Below, piece after piece: positions 27,901 through 36,020 of a DNA stretch of 36,139 nt. The DNA is from Candidatus Woesearchaeota archaeon (GTDB taxonomy: Archaea; Nanobdellota; Nanobdellia; Woesearchaeales; B72-G16), in the NCBI GenBank assembly GCA_003650545.1, contig QMQO01000011.1, forward strand, positions 1 to 36,139, read 5' to 3'. Position 1 is the stretch's first letter; the number at the start of each line of letters is the position of its first letter. Made by a program: the position numbers and the translations under genes. A model generated the notes under the pieces. That model worked only from the letters and a program-made list of their open reading frames with translations. It searched no databases and was not told the origin of the DNA.

Positions 27901-27975
27901 AATAGAAATCTCCTTTCTTTTCTTAACAAGAGCCATTAATCTATCTACATCTGTTGATATTATTTCATTCGTCAT
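24943..27975 (-). CDS. Large cytoplasmic protein: N-terminal winged-helix-like domain, six ~74-aa helical repeats, K/E-rich tail
   Basis: TDVDRLMALVKKRKEISIQDASKELGIS...IEAWATFLEEEG; six [F/Y]xx[L/I]PxGF-type motifs spaced 74, 74, 74, 74 and 78 aa. Confidence 0.85.
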   Translation of the reverse strand: MTNEIISTDVDRLMALVKKRKEISIQDASKELGISANTIEAWATFLEEEGMLKIVYSFTKPILKYVEVKKIVPEEIRLEGRAAPELKKEKVEVKEVIKKGKVAKVYEIKEPRAEISAERAVEHELAAEEVEQELGKEVKLGKEIKRPKIMKAKPTATIKPVIKPAIKSIKKGVERKVIKEGPSEEIVKIAKKLKAPQRPSEETKILDNFTKLFQQAEAAIAKKRFKTAKNLYSKMKQEFQKLPDKFIEKKREYLYDMIKVNKDLFLGVDKALSYEMSVKSAEIDNILKQVKASIKHDDFKQSKKLLEDAKVLFGKLPTGFLKQRSTMEKKLFQLHDSLINLRIKRYSKIMKAKSREIENLLVKAQAAINKRDVKTADTLFSQIKEIFISLPAGFIKERIALEEKILRLHESLINLKIKYAIDESSHRLLQIESLLNDADRQIAHKKFDVANRLIEKAKQEFKELPEGFLKKKTEVESRLIKTSNNLQSLRYKVETERAHNILKEILTMMRRIDRCLRRKQIDLAHEYYSEALVLYNDIPKGFLDMKVDVHVKLSEFYKRILSASDMELLTKIGPDVNRKYDEMLRLMVQIHKNIEQNDFEDIESIYTKIVDVFNKLPVGFVSMRPKIREEILALHDKIELYNKALQLDKYKDDDKKVTKILQEINYMKTKLRDTTEDKPLLDFVNKKYLLYSKGVPKKKVKLEPSIVKKMEREMILKRKKERAARLAQIEKLEKRKTELAEPKPEFLSARSLERALILEKYKTGSESIARLEKEEAEIPSIEEKFKVQKAKVEPKRIKAKITPKRKIKEIAAEVKEVEEIIKPEELKKKEEQKKKVKARKIERALLLEELKRVKQLREIIKQKKKELEAEASVKKGLFSGVSKKTPTEVTMEESSETPEEKVVKVETMETSNRKMARIEEREEMRTKYSRPKHISLFKKVDVKPAPVRETKIITPEGAASRIREREELLERYGRLGVRAKQSVVSGKKLSLKAKKRAEAREQYWKKLGLK

Positions 27976-28187
27976 ACTAAATATGCAAATTAGTATATAC
28001 TATTTATTTATTAGTATTAACTCCCCAGTCGGGACAAAAAGAAATAATAATAACCAAACTATACTTAAGAATATAAAACTTTATAAATCAATAACTACTG
28101 TTTGATAACATCAATATAACACAGCTTAATAGCTTAATAAATAATAACCTAATAAAAAGAATCAAGCCTGATCAAGGGGGGAGCCGA

Positions 28188-29882
28188 ATGAGTCAAACAA
28201 AAAAAACATTAGCATTTTTTGTTGTGATATTGTTTTTATGTTTAGCATGTTCTGTATCAGCAGCTATAACTACAAACAGTTCTGTCAGTAAAACTGTCAG
28301 TGCTGGCACAAATATAACAGACATACTAAAAATAACAAACACAGGTAATAGTACAATTAACATCACATTCTCTGGAAAAACATTATCAAATGGTATAGCT
28401 ACATTAAATATAGACATAGACAACATAACTAATCTAGAAAACGGTTCAACCGTGAACATACCATTTAACATAACAGTTCCTGTATCTCAGACAATAGGCA
28501 CTTACACTGGGAATCTTACACTTAATTATGATTCTAACACAAAAGACATTCCTTTTACAATAACCGTAACTTCGGCGCCAGAATTTACAATTAGTTCAAC
28601 AAACATTACATTAATAGGAGACTATGGTAGAAACTCAACTGCTTCATTCACACTCTCTAAAGTCAGCTCTAATGTATATGGTTTAAACATAAATTATGAT
28701 GCTGCAGACTTTAGAGATGATGACAATGAAGAAATTAAACTATACTTCTCTCCATCATCAAATATAAATATAACAAACACAACCACAATTGATCTTGTTG
28801 CTGTTACACCGCTAAAGATGGACTATGGCGTATATTCCGGCCTAGTAAATATCAGCAATGAAGATACATTAGAATCAATCAATGTTACAGTGATATTAGA
28901 TTCTATACTTGTCATTAAAAAAATTAAAGTTACTTCCGAAGGAAGAGACAACGAAGTGATACCTGGTGAAGAGATCAATGTCGAAGTAACTGTTGAGAAC
29001 AAATATGATGAAGACGCAGACAATGATCTTGAACTGGACCTAGACGATGTTGAGATCACAGTCACTATAATGGATGGGAACTCACCACTAGAGGACGATG
29101 ATGATGATGAGCTTGAAGATACATCTTCAACATTTTCGCTACGTGCAGGCAAAGATACAACTAGAACACTTACTTTCCAGATGCCATGGAGCAAACTAAG
29201 TGACGATGATAAATACACAATAAAGGTAGAAGTAGAAGGGGATAACAATGATGACAGTACGCAAGAGTTTTACGATAAAGATGAAAGTGAATATATTACC
29301 GTAGATTTACCTGCCCACGCACTCCATGTTGAGGGTGGCGGCAAGCTATTCCCGACTGTAGTTAGTTGTGATAGACAAACAACACTTACCTTTGAAATTC
29401 AGAATGTTGGAAGAAATGAGGAAGATGTTCGTGTAACAGCTTGGTCCCCAGAGCTCGGTCTAAATTTTGTTGATTCGTTTGAACTGGACAATGACCTAAC
29501 AAGCAGACGTAGCAGAAAAACAGTCTCAATCCCGATAGACGCAAGCAATGTAGCTCTTGGTGATTATCAGATTAACTCAAAAATCAGATATGATAATAAT
29601 AAGAAAGTTATTAGTAACGCATTCAAGCTAACTGTTGAAGAATGTAAGACAGACAAAAAAGATTCAGATAGTGATACTGACACTGAAAATGGAGACAACA
29701 ACATGTCAACAGAAGAAACAACATGGGATACTGAAAGCGAGAGCACAGACACCACTGAAACAGGACTCTCACAAACATCATTCACAAACAGCATCTGGTT
29801 TATTCTAGTGATGGTTATCGGAATAGTGATTGTGTTTGGTCTAATCGTGTTCCTTATAATGTACATGATAATGGCTAAATAA
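28188..29882 (+). CDS. Membrane-anchored S-layer-like/Ig-domain glycoprotein
   Basis: Signal peptide, dense N-x-S/T sequons in the N-terminal half, acidic Ig-like domains, S/T/D/E linker, C-terminal TM helix. Confidence 0.8.
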   Translation: MSQTKKTLAFFVVILFLCLACSVSAAITTNSSVSKTVSAGTNITDILKITNTGNSTINITFSGKTLSNGIATLNIDIDNITNLENGSTVNIPFNITVPVSQTIGTYTGNLTLNYDSNTKDIPFTITVTSAPEFTISSTNITLIGDYGRNSTASFTLSKVSSNVYGLNINYDAADFRDDDNEEIKLYFSPSSNINITNTTTIDLVAVTPLKMDYGVYSGLVNISNEDTLESINVTVILDSILVIKKIKVTSEGRDNEVIPGEEINVEVTVENKYDEDADNDLELDLDDVEITVTIMDGNSPLEDDDDDELEDTSSTFSLRAGKDTTRTLTFQMPWSKLSDDDKYTIKVEVEGDNNDDSTQEFYDKDESEYITVDLPAHALHVEGGGKLFPTVVSCDRQTTLTFEIQNVGRNEEDVRVTAWSPELGLNFVDSFELDNDLTSRRSRKTVSIPIDASNVALGDYQINSKIRYDNNKKVISNAFKLTVEECKTDKKDSDSDTDTENGDNNMSTEETTWDTESESTDTTETGLSQTSFTNSIWFILVMVIGIVIVFGLIVFLIMYMIMAK

Positions 29883-30370
29883 TTTTGGCTAATTTAGCTA
29901 AAGTAATGCGAAGAAACAATCATAGATAACATTAGATATAAGTAAATAACACATTAAATAACGCAGATAAAGCTCAATAGATAAGCATTAAATAGCTTAA
30001 TTAATTATAAGTTAAATTAATTTTAAATTAATTATAGCTATTAATTTTAGCTGAGCTGTGAATTTAGCTATTAATTAAAATCGTAATCTTTTGTTATAAT
30101 TAAATCTTCTTATAATATAAAATCTTTTTATAATAATAAGAAACATCACAAGAAACATCACAAGCAAGAAACATCGGAAGCACCATAGCTGGTTTTCTAT
30201 TTTTCTCTCTAATAATTTGTAAAAAACTGAAATTTTATTGGAATTTTCAGTGTTTTCTGGAAAAACAAAACCATTTGTTTTATATAAAACGCACACTCAT
30301 CATATAACATGGGACAATAACATGGGACAAATAGCAAGACTAAACAACATAAAAAGTAGAAGGTGTCAAA

Positions 30371-31300
30371 ATGAAAATAAAATTTTGGGGCGTTCGGGGC
30401 TCTATACCAACACCTGGAACAGATACTGTAAAATACGGTGGAAACACTACTTGTCTCGAAGTTCTTTCTTCAAAAGGTGACGAATACATACTCGACGCAG
30501 GTACAGGTATTAGGGTTCTAGGTCTTGATATGCTTTGTAGGGATAAATACAAAAAAAAGCCAATAGAAGCAAAGATTCTAATAAGTCATGTACACTGGGA
30601 CCATATCCAAGGCTGGCCATTTTTTGTTCCAGCATATATGCCTAACAACAGATTTCAGATTTATGGTGGTGCCAGGAGCAAAGTCAAGCTAGAAGAAACA
30701 CTTGTTGGCCAAAAAGAAAACCAGACACTCAAAGCCACAATCGAAAATGCAACAATGAATAAAGTAACAAACCACGCATTTGAGATGCAACAATCAAGGT
30801 ATGTTTTTCCAGTAAGATTAGAACAAATGGCATCAAATATCCTATTCAATGATCTAAAAAATGGTCATTTCATCCAGAACAACTTAGATATCAGCTTCAG
30901 ACAATTTACAGACATGCATCCTGATGGAATTGTCTCTTACAAACTTAGTGAAAACAGAACAACATTTGTCTATGCAACTGATGTAGAACATAATAAGCAA
31001 GACGAAGAATTCATCGAGTGGATCAGAGATGCTGATGTGCTATACTTTGATGGACAATACTTACCTGAAGAATATAAAAATGGCAAACAGGGTTGGGGGC
31101 ATAGTACTTATGAAAAAGCAGTTGACTTCTGCCTAGCTGCTAATGTAAAATATGTTGTTCTTGGCCACCATGAACCAACACACAACGATATTATGCTTGA
31201 TAAGAAACTAGACCTTGCTAACAGATACCTGATAAGCAAAAAAGGAGCAAGCAAGCTACACATAGCACTGGCAAGAGAAGGACAAGAATTATATATCTAA
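30371..31300 (+). CDS. MBL-fold metallo-hydrolase (PhnP/phosphodiesterase-like, bacterial-type)
   Basis: FWGVRGSIPTPG...YGGNTTCLEV, LDAGTG, SHVHWDHIQG, YATDVE, GWGHS, GHHEP; AAGGTG RBS. Confidence 0.9.
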   Translation: MKIKFWGVRGSIPTPGTDTVKYGGNTTCLEVLSSKGDEYILDAGTGIRVLGLDMLCRDKYKKKPIEAKILISHVHWDHIQGWPFFVPAYMPNNRFQIYGGARSKVKLEETLVGQKENQTLKATIENATMNKVTNHAFEMQQSRYVFPVRLEQMASNILFNDLKNGHFIQNNLDISFRQFTDMHPDGIVSYKLSENRTTFVYATDVEHNKQDEEFIEWIRDADVLYFDGQYLPEEYKNGKQGWGHSTYEKAVDFCLAANVKYVVLGHHEPTHNDIMLDKKLDLANRYLISKKGASKLHIALAREGQELYI

Positions 31301-31353
31301 TACAATCTAACATTCCAATCATAGTCCCACAATTCCAGCTGGGCCAACTGGTG

Positions 31354-31402
31354 ACCAAGCTCTTAAGGCTCCTCACACAAGTGAAGAGGGCTTGAGCTTG
31401 GT
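31354..31402 (+). terminator. Long stem-loop followed by T-tracts downstream of the MBL gene
   Basis: ACCAAGCTC/GAGCTTGGT 9-bp outer stem, inner TCAC-ACAA-GTGA, then TCTTGTTTTT. Confidence 0.45.
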
Positions 31403-31648
31403 TCTTGTTTTTAACTTATTTTTAATTTTGCTTTTTTGATAAGACTACAAACTACAATATTGCGACTTAGGGTCTTAGTGTCTCGCAAAGCTTGAAGCAA
31501 ACCAATAAGCCAACCTAAGCCAACCAATAGAAAGAAAGCCTGTCCTGTTAAAAAATATCAAATCATCATAAATCATCTTAAAACCATTTCCACCTTTCTA
31601 TAACACCTACATCTTCATCTTTCTCCATCTTATTTATCTTATTTATAA

Positions 31649-32215
31649 TCAGAATATTTTCTCCAGCATCTTTATTTTTTCTTTTGTTAGAAGCAGCTTT
31701 GCATTAGCCTTTTCAATCAAATAAAGAAGATAATTCTCATCTATCAGAAATTTTCTGTTTTCTGCAATAGGAACGTCCATTCTCTCAGTACCGATTATTT
31801 CTATTGTAACACGTTTATTAGCCGCGATTACGCCTGAACGTTTGAGGCCGAGCTTGCGAACATCATTAAGCAAATTGAATGCAGATTGCAATGTTCTACA
31901 TCTAATATGTAAAATCAAAGGTTCTTGTCTAAGCCAAACTGTTTTCTCTGGTAAATTTATTTCATATAATTTTTTTAAAAATAAAGACTTATTAACAGGA
32001 TCATGACTACTAAACAACCACTTTGCTTTGTCTTTTTCTTTTGCTTCCTCTCGTTCTATCAAAACGATTCTTCCAGAGCAACTGCTTGTACTATAATAAT
32101 CCTGCTGAGAATTAATCAGACTGACCAAATTTAAAATTCCAGAATCTATACTCCCCTTTTTAGATTTATCCTTCTTTGCAAGAAACACTCTTTTTTCTTC
32201 ATCAAAAATATCCAT
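31649..32215 (-). CDS. taw3: tRNA wybutosine-synthesis methyltransferase Taw3/TYW3
   Basis: DKSKKGSID, YYSTSSCSGRI, WLFSSH, QEPLILHIRCR, GLKRSG; probable start MDIF at 32215 after GGAG. Confidence 0.92.
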   Translation of the reverse strand: MDIFDEEKRVFLAKKDKSKKGSIDSGILNLVSLINSQQDYYSTSSCSGRIVLIEREEAKEKDKAKWLFSSHDPVNKSLFLKKLYEINLPEKTVWLRQEPLILHIRCRTLQSAFNLLNDVRKLGLKRSGVIAANKRVTIEIIGTERMDVPIAENRKFLIDENYLLYLIEKANAKLLLTKEKIKMLEKIF

Positions 32216-32432
32216 ACTATCTCCGCCATAATTTTTGGTTTTTGAGACAAACGACTTTATTTTAAAAATAGCAGCTCCTTTTTTCAACTAAAAATCTAAT
32301 TAAATATAAATATATCTAAAAACAACAAAATCTTTTCCAGACATAAAATCAGACATAAATCAATGACACATTAAACTGACATATAAAACTGAACATAAAA
32401 CTAATCCCAGATCTCTTTGGATTCATAAAATC

Positions 32433-33242
32433 CTACTTAAACTTTCTCCCTTCCACAAAATCAGCCATTCTATCTACAAATTCTTCTGCAGCTTTCCTAT
32501 ACCGATCATACTCTCTTCCAGATATATCGTGTACTTCACGATATACAATCATTTTACTAATCTTGTAGAATTCACGTACAACATCAACATATTTTTTACC
32601 AAGTAATTTTTTCCTAACTAGTTTTTCGTTCAACAGATCAGCTACATGTTCTGGACTTGGAGGTATCTCTCCTATTCTCATCAGTGTTGCGTGTGCAGCG
32701 TCTACAACAGCCCAATATAAATCAAGAACAGCTTGCATCACATGCCATCTTGCGTTTTTTATTGTATTTGGTGCACGAGCATAGTATGTCCAGATGCTTT
32801 CCTCACTTGGTCGAATCCTTCCCCTTCTTAGTAGAATCTGCAAAGGAACAAAGAAGCTGGTATCGTATAAAGCAACACCATCCCTTAAAATATTTATAGC
32901 TATAGGATCACCATTTCGAACAAAGTCCCAAAAATGCGTCATCTTCAGTGTTGTGATGTGTAGCTTCAAACTAACCTGAGCAACAATCTCCTCAAGTATT
33001 ATTCTATAGCTTTCAACCACTTCTGGTGTGAGCTCTAGCATAGTATCATCAACAACAACAAGTACATCTATATCACCTTCTGGATGTTTATGCCTACTGA
33101 CAGACCCAAACAACACAACTGATTTTATAAATTCTTTAAACTCTAAGAGAACCTTTTTAGCAAAATCAGAAGCAATGTCATAATCCGATTTCTTATAAAG
33201 CTCTATATTTGGCTGCTTTTTCTGCTGCACTTTAAACTTCAT
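32433..33242 (-). CDS. Minimal nucleotidyltransferase (MNT) fused to a HEPN-like helical domain
   Basis: VVLFGSVSR...GDIDVLVVVDD Pol-beta motif; C-terminal DLYWAVVDAAHATLMRIGEIPPSPEHV helical domain. Confidence 0.85.
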   Translation of the reverse strand: MKFKVQQKKQPNIELYKKSDYDIASDFAKKVLLEFKEFIKSVVLFGSVSRHKHPEGDIDVLVVVDDTMLELTPEVVESYRIILEEIVAQVSLKLHITTLKMTHFWDFVRNGDPIAINILRDGVALYDTSFFVPLQILLRRGRIRPSEESIWTYYARAPNTIKNARWHVMQAVLDLYWAVVDAAHATLMRIGEIPPSPEHVADLLNEKLVRKKLLGKKYVDVVREFYKISKMIVYREVHDISGREYDRYRKAAEEFVDRMADFVEGRKFK

Positions 33243-33449
33243 TCTCCACCCGAAAAAGAAAAGAAGATATTGTGTTTATTAAGTTTTGTGAGCGTTAAGG
33301 AGTAGAGACAAAATAATTTCTAGGTTAGATTACTTATTTAAAATTACTTTTTTGAATTTAGAATTTTAAAAGTATTTTAGAATAATCTTATCATCAGAAT
33401 TTTTTATATTTAATTTATAATCCACCCAAACAAACAAAATTAACGTTAT

Positions 33450-33484
33450 GACAAAAATGTCCCACTTTGCGAAACATTTATATA
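33450..33484 (+). promoter_or_regulatory. GACA-N4-TGTC palindrome followed by BRE/TATA
   Basis: GACA (33450-33453) AAAA TGTC (33458-33461); GAAACA then TTTATATA (33477-33484), about 24 bp before ATG 33508. Confidence 0.5.
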
Positions 33485-33507
33485 GGCATACAGCATCTAT
33501 TTTTTAT

Positions 33508-34176
33508 ATGAATGAGACAAAAAAATCAAAGGAAAAACAAGAGTTGGAGATCGTTATTGAACAGAAAATAAAGCCTCTTGTAGACAGCGCATTCCACAGA
33601 TTCACAGGTGTCAGCATAAATGAGCTAAATACAGACATATCTGCTAAACTCACAAGAAGTCCATTATTAGATTTCAAGATAGATACGAAAATTCCATTCA
33701 AGTTGGCAAAACGTATGTTCAAACAGGAATACCTAAAGAGGCTATTAGAGCGCAACTATGGCAACATTTCAGAAGTGGCCAAACTTGCAAAAGTTGATAG
33801 GAGGTCTGTTCACAGGCTTGTAAAAGAGATAGATGTTGGAAAGATTAGAAAAGAAATGCTTAAGCCCAGCTATGTCAAACAGATGCATGTCAGTAGTATA
33901 ATAGAGCACACACTAAATGATTATAAAGAAAAAAAAATAATTCATCCCGACAAACTAGAAGAGTTCTACAAAAATGTAAACATCATCTCCAGGGATATAG
34001 TAAAAGACCTCCCTGAAGATCCTCTCACACTAAAGGAAGCTGAAGAAGAATTTGAGCATGCTTACTTAAAGAAAGCTCTTGAAGAGAATAGCATGGATAC
34101 AGTATTAGCTGCAAAAAAGATTAAAATAAGATATGAGACGCTACACAGAAAAGCAAAAAAGCTAAGGTTAATCTAA
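33508..34176 (+). CDS. Protein with two Fis/NtrC-type (HTH_8) helix-turn-helix domains
   Basis: FKQEYLKRLLERNYGNISEVAKLAKVDRRSVHRLVK and LKEAEEEFEHAYLKKALEEN...AAKKIKIRYETLHRKAKKL; start placed at 33508 from TATA spacing. Confidence 0.85.
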   Translation: MNETKKSKEKQELEIVIEQKIKPLVDSAFHRFTGVSINELNTDISAKLTRSPLLDFKIDTKIPFKLAKRMFKQEYLKRLLERNYGNISEVAKLAKVDRRSVHRLVKEIDVGKIRKEMLKPSYVKQMHVSSIIEHTLNDYKEKKIIHPDKLEEFYKNVNIISRDIVKDLPEDPLTLKEAEEEFEHAYLKKALEENSMDTVLAAKKIKIRYETLHRKAKKLRLI

Positions 34177-34443
34177 ACCCTCTAGTGCTTCATAGAACAT
34201 ATCTAATGTAGACTTTTGTACTTTTTTGTTTTCCCTGTCTTCTGCTTTTTTAGGTTCAATAAACATTGGTCTAACCCCCTCTAAATCAGTAAAAACTTCC
34301 TGTTGATCACCAAGATTATTCACTTTTTGTTTTGTTTTTCGATAGGACAAATATCTATGCTCCAACCTGTAAATTAATTTTAAAGTCTCAAAAGCCGCTT
34401 CATTCTTCATAGATTTTGGTCTCAAATAATCGTACATTAGCAT
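34168..34443 (-). CDS. Hypothetical protein
   Basis: 91-aa ORF filling an otherwise empty gap; no recognisable motif. Confidence 0.4.
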   Translation of the reverse strand: MLMYDYLRPKSMKNEAAFETLKLIYRLEHRYLSYRKTKQKVNNLGDQQEVFTDLEGVRPMFIEPKKAEDRENKKVQKSTLDMFYEALEGLD

Positions 34444-34753
34444 GATTTCAACCTGTAGATCGGGTGTATGTGTTAAACTATTTATTCTTTTTTATACTTG
34501 AGAATCATAAGATCATCTGAATTTGTTAATGAATCCTTAAATCCTAGTTAACTAATTTTCCAAATAATTAACAATAGATCCAGACAGTATCCTTTATTGA
34601 GCCTCATAACTGATGCGGATACGAATTAGAAATGCATTACGAAGCAGTGACTAAGTCCGCGATCATGTAACCAAGTAAGTTGAGCCAGAATAAGCCTAGA
34701 TTTTATGAGTAAAAAATAGAAAAATTTTAATATTCAAAAAAAGCTCTGATGTT

Positions 34754-35782
34754 ATGGGCGCAACTATACAACCTTACACACCTGACCAAGATCTTGTTCT
34801 GTATGGTAGAAATCTTGTTGAGATGGCTTACGAAGGCGAACTGCGTCAGAACGGCAACAAAGTTATTGCACACTTTCAAGAAATCAACGAGAAACTTGAA
34901 AAGATACTAAAAGACTCTGAATTTGCAGGTGTGAATCTCAAAGAAATCGGACTTTTTGTTGGTTGGACGCACGATCTTGACGAGGACCATAAAAATCTCA
35001 AGTTAAAAATTCTCGTTTATAATCCTGAGCAGGGTCAATTAAGGAAACTTCCTGAAGGCGCAGTCTTTCTGAACGATCTTCTTCTAGCTGCAGGTGATAA
35101 AGGCAGAGCAATTTGTTATTGTCTTGATAAAATAACATTTAAGCCGCTTCCTGGAAGGCACTATTCAACATACATGGACAACATTTTTACCTTTGAAAAT
35201 GGTAAAAGCCTTAAAAGGAAACTTGACGTCCTTGTTGCAGTTGTAAAAACAGTTAACAGATTTGTCAACACAAACCCTAATGAAAGAGTTTTCATAGACG
35301 ACACTGTAGATGAATATATAAAACTAAAAAATAGTTCTGAAGCAGAGTTAAAACAGTTCTATAAAGATAAAAAAGTATACCAATTCTTTGAGGGCAGATG
35401 TGATTTTAATTATGATCTTAACTTTTTAATCTCCGCTATTAACAAAAGATTTCTGATAAAGATGGAGAGCAATGCATTTGACAATGCAACGCATTACTTT
35501 CCTGATGCAGAACATAAGCTAATTATTAATAGAGGTATGACTGAAAACGGTAAATTTGACATGAACAAGATGTCGAATACAATCACATTTGACTATCACT
35601 TAATGAGAGAGTTTATAAAACAAGGTTTTCTTAATTCAGTTATAATACTAGAAAGAACGATGTTTCCAAATCATACAAGAAAAGAGATCATTGAGTTTTT
35701 TATGCGAACAGGTTCAAATAGAGGAGCACAACACATAGAAGGTTATACAAGTATTCTGCAAGAGTTACATAACGAAATTTGA
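34754..35782 (+). CDS. Divergent HD-domain protein (SpoT/Mesh1 hydrolase-like N-terminus)
   Basis: RQNGNKVIAH and GWTHDLDED resemble the RxxGxPYxxH and LHDxxED motifs; VKTVNRFVN aligns with VKxADRxxN. Confidence 0.6.
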   Translation: MGATIQPYTPDQDLVLYGRNLVEMAYEGELRQNGNKVIAHFQEINEKLEKILKDSEFAGVNLKEIGLFVGWTHDLDEDHKNLKLKILVYNPEQGQLRKLPEGAVFLNDLLLAAGDKGRAICYCLDKITFKPLPGRHYSTYMDNIFTFENGKSLKRKLDVLVAVVKTVNRFVNTNPNERVFIDDTVDEYIKLKNSSEAELKQFYKDKKVYQFFEGRCDFNYDLNFLISAINKRFLIKMESNAFDNATHYFPDAEHKLIINRGMTENGKFDMNKMSNTITFDYHLMREFIKQGFLNSVIILERTMFPNHTRKEIIEFFMRTGSNRGAQHIEGYTSILQELHNEI

Positions 35783-36020
35783 ATCCAATGAAGGATACAT
35801 CTGCCTATCTAATCTATAATTTCAGCATAAACAGGTCTACAAACTTTTTTTTGTCTAGACAGATCTTTAGTCTCAAAACTCTTTTTGTTGTTACAGTTCT
35901 ATCAACCTTTTTACTTTTTACTAAGCAAACTTTTTACTATTTCGCCCCACCCTGAGGAAATAATATATTTAAACAGGAGTCTCTACTACTACTATTAGAT
36001 AACAAATATTGAGTGGTAAA

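Noticed and set aside
12337..31300. Beta-lactam resistance genes (the two MBL-fold ORFs)
   Set aside because: Both lack signal peptides and have the HxHxDH motif of general hydrolases; fold membership does not imply beta-lactamase activity.
34575..34700. Possible ncRNA in a slightly GC-richer intergenic stretch
   Set aside because: Only one 6-bp pairing (GTATCC/GGATAC) seen; not enough to support a structure.
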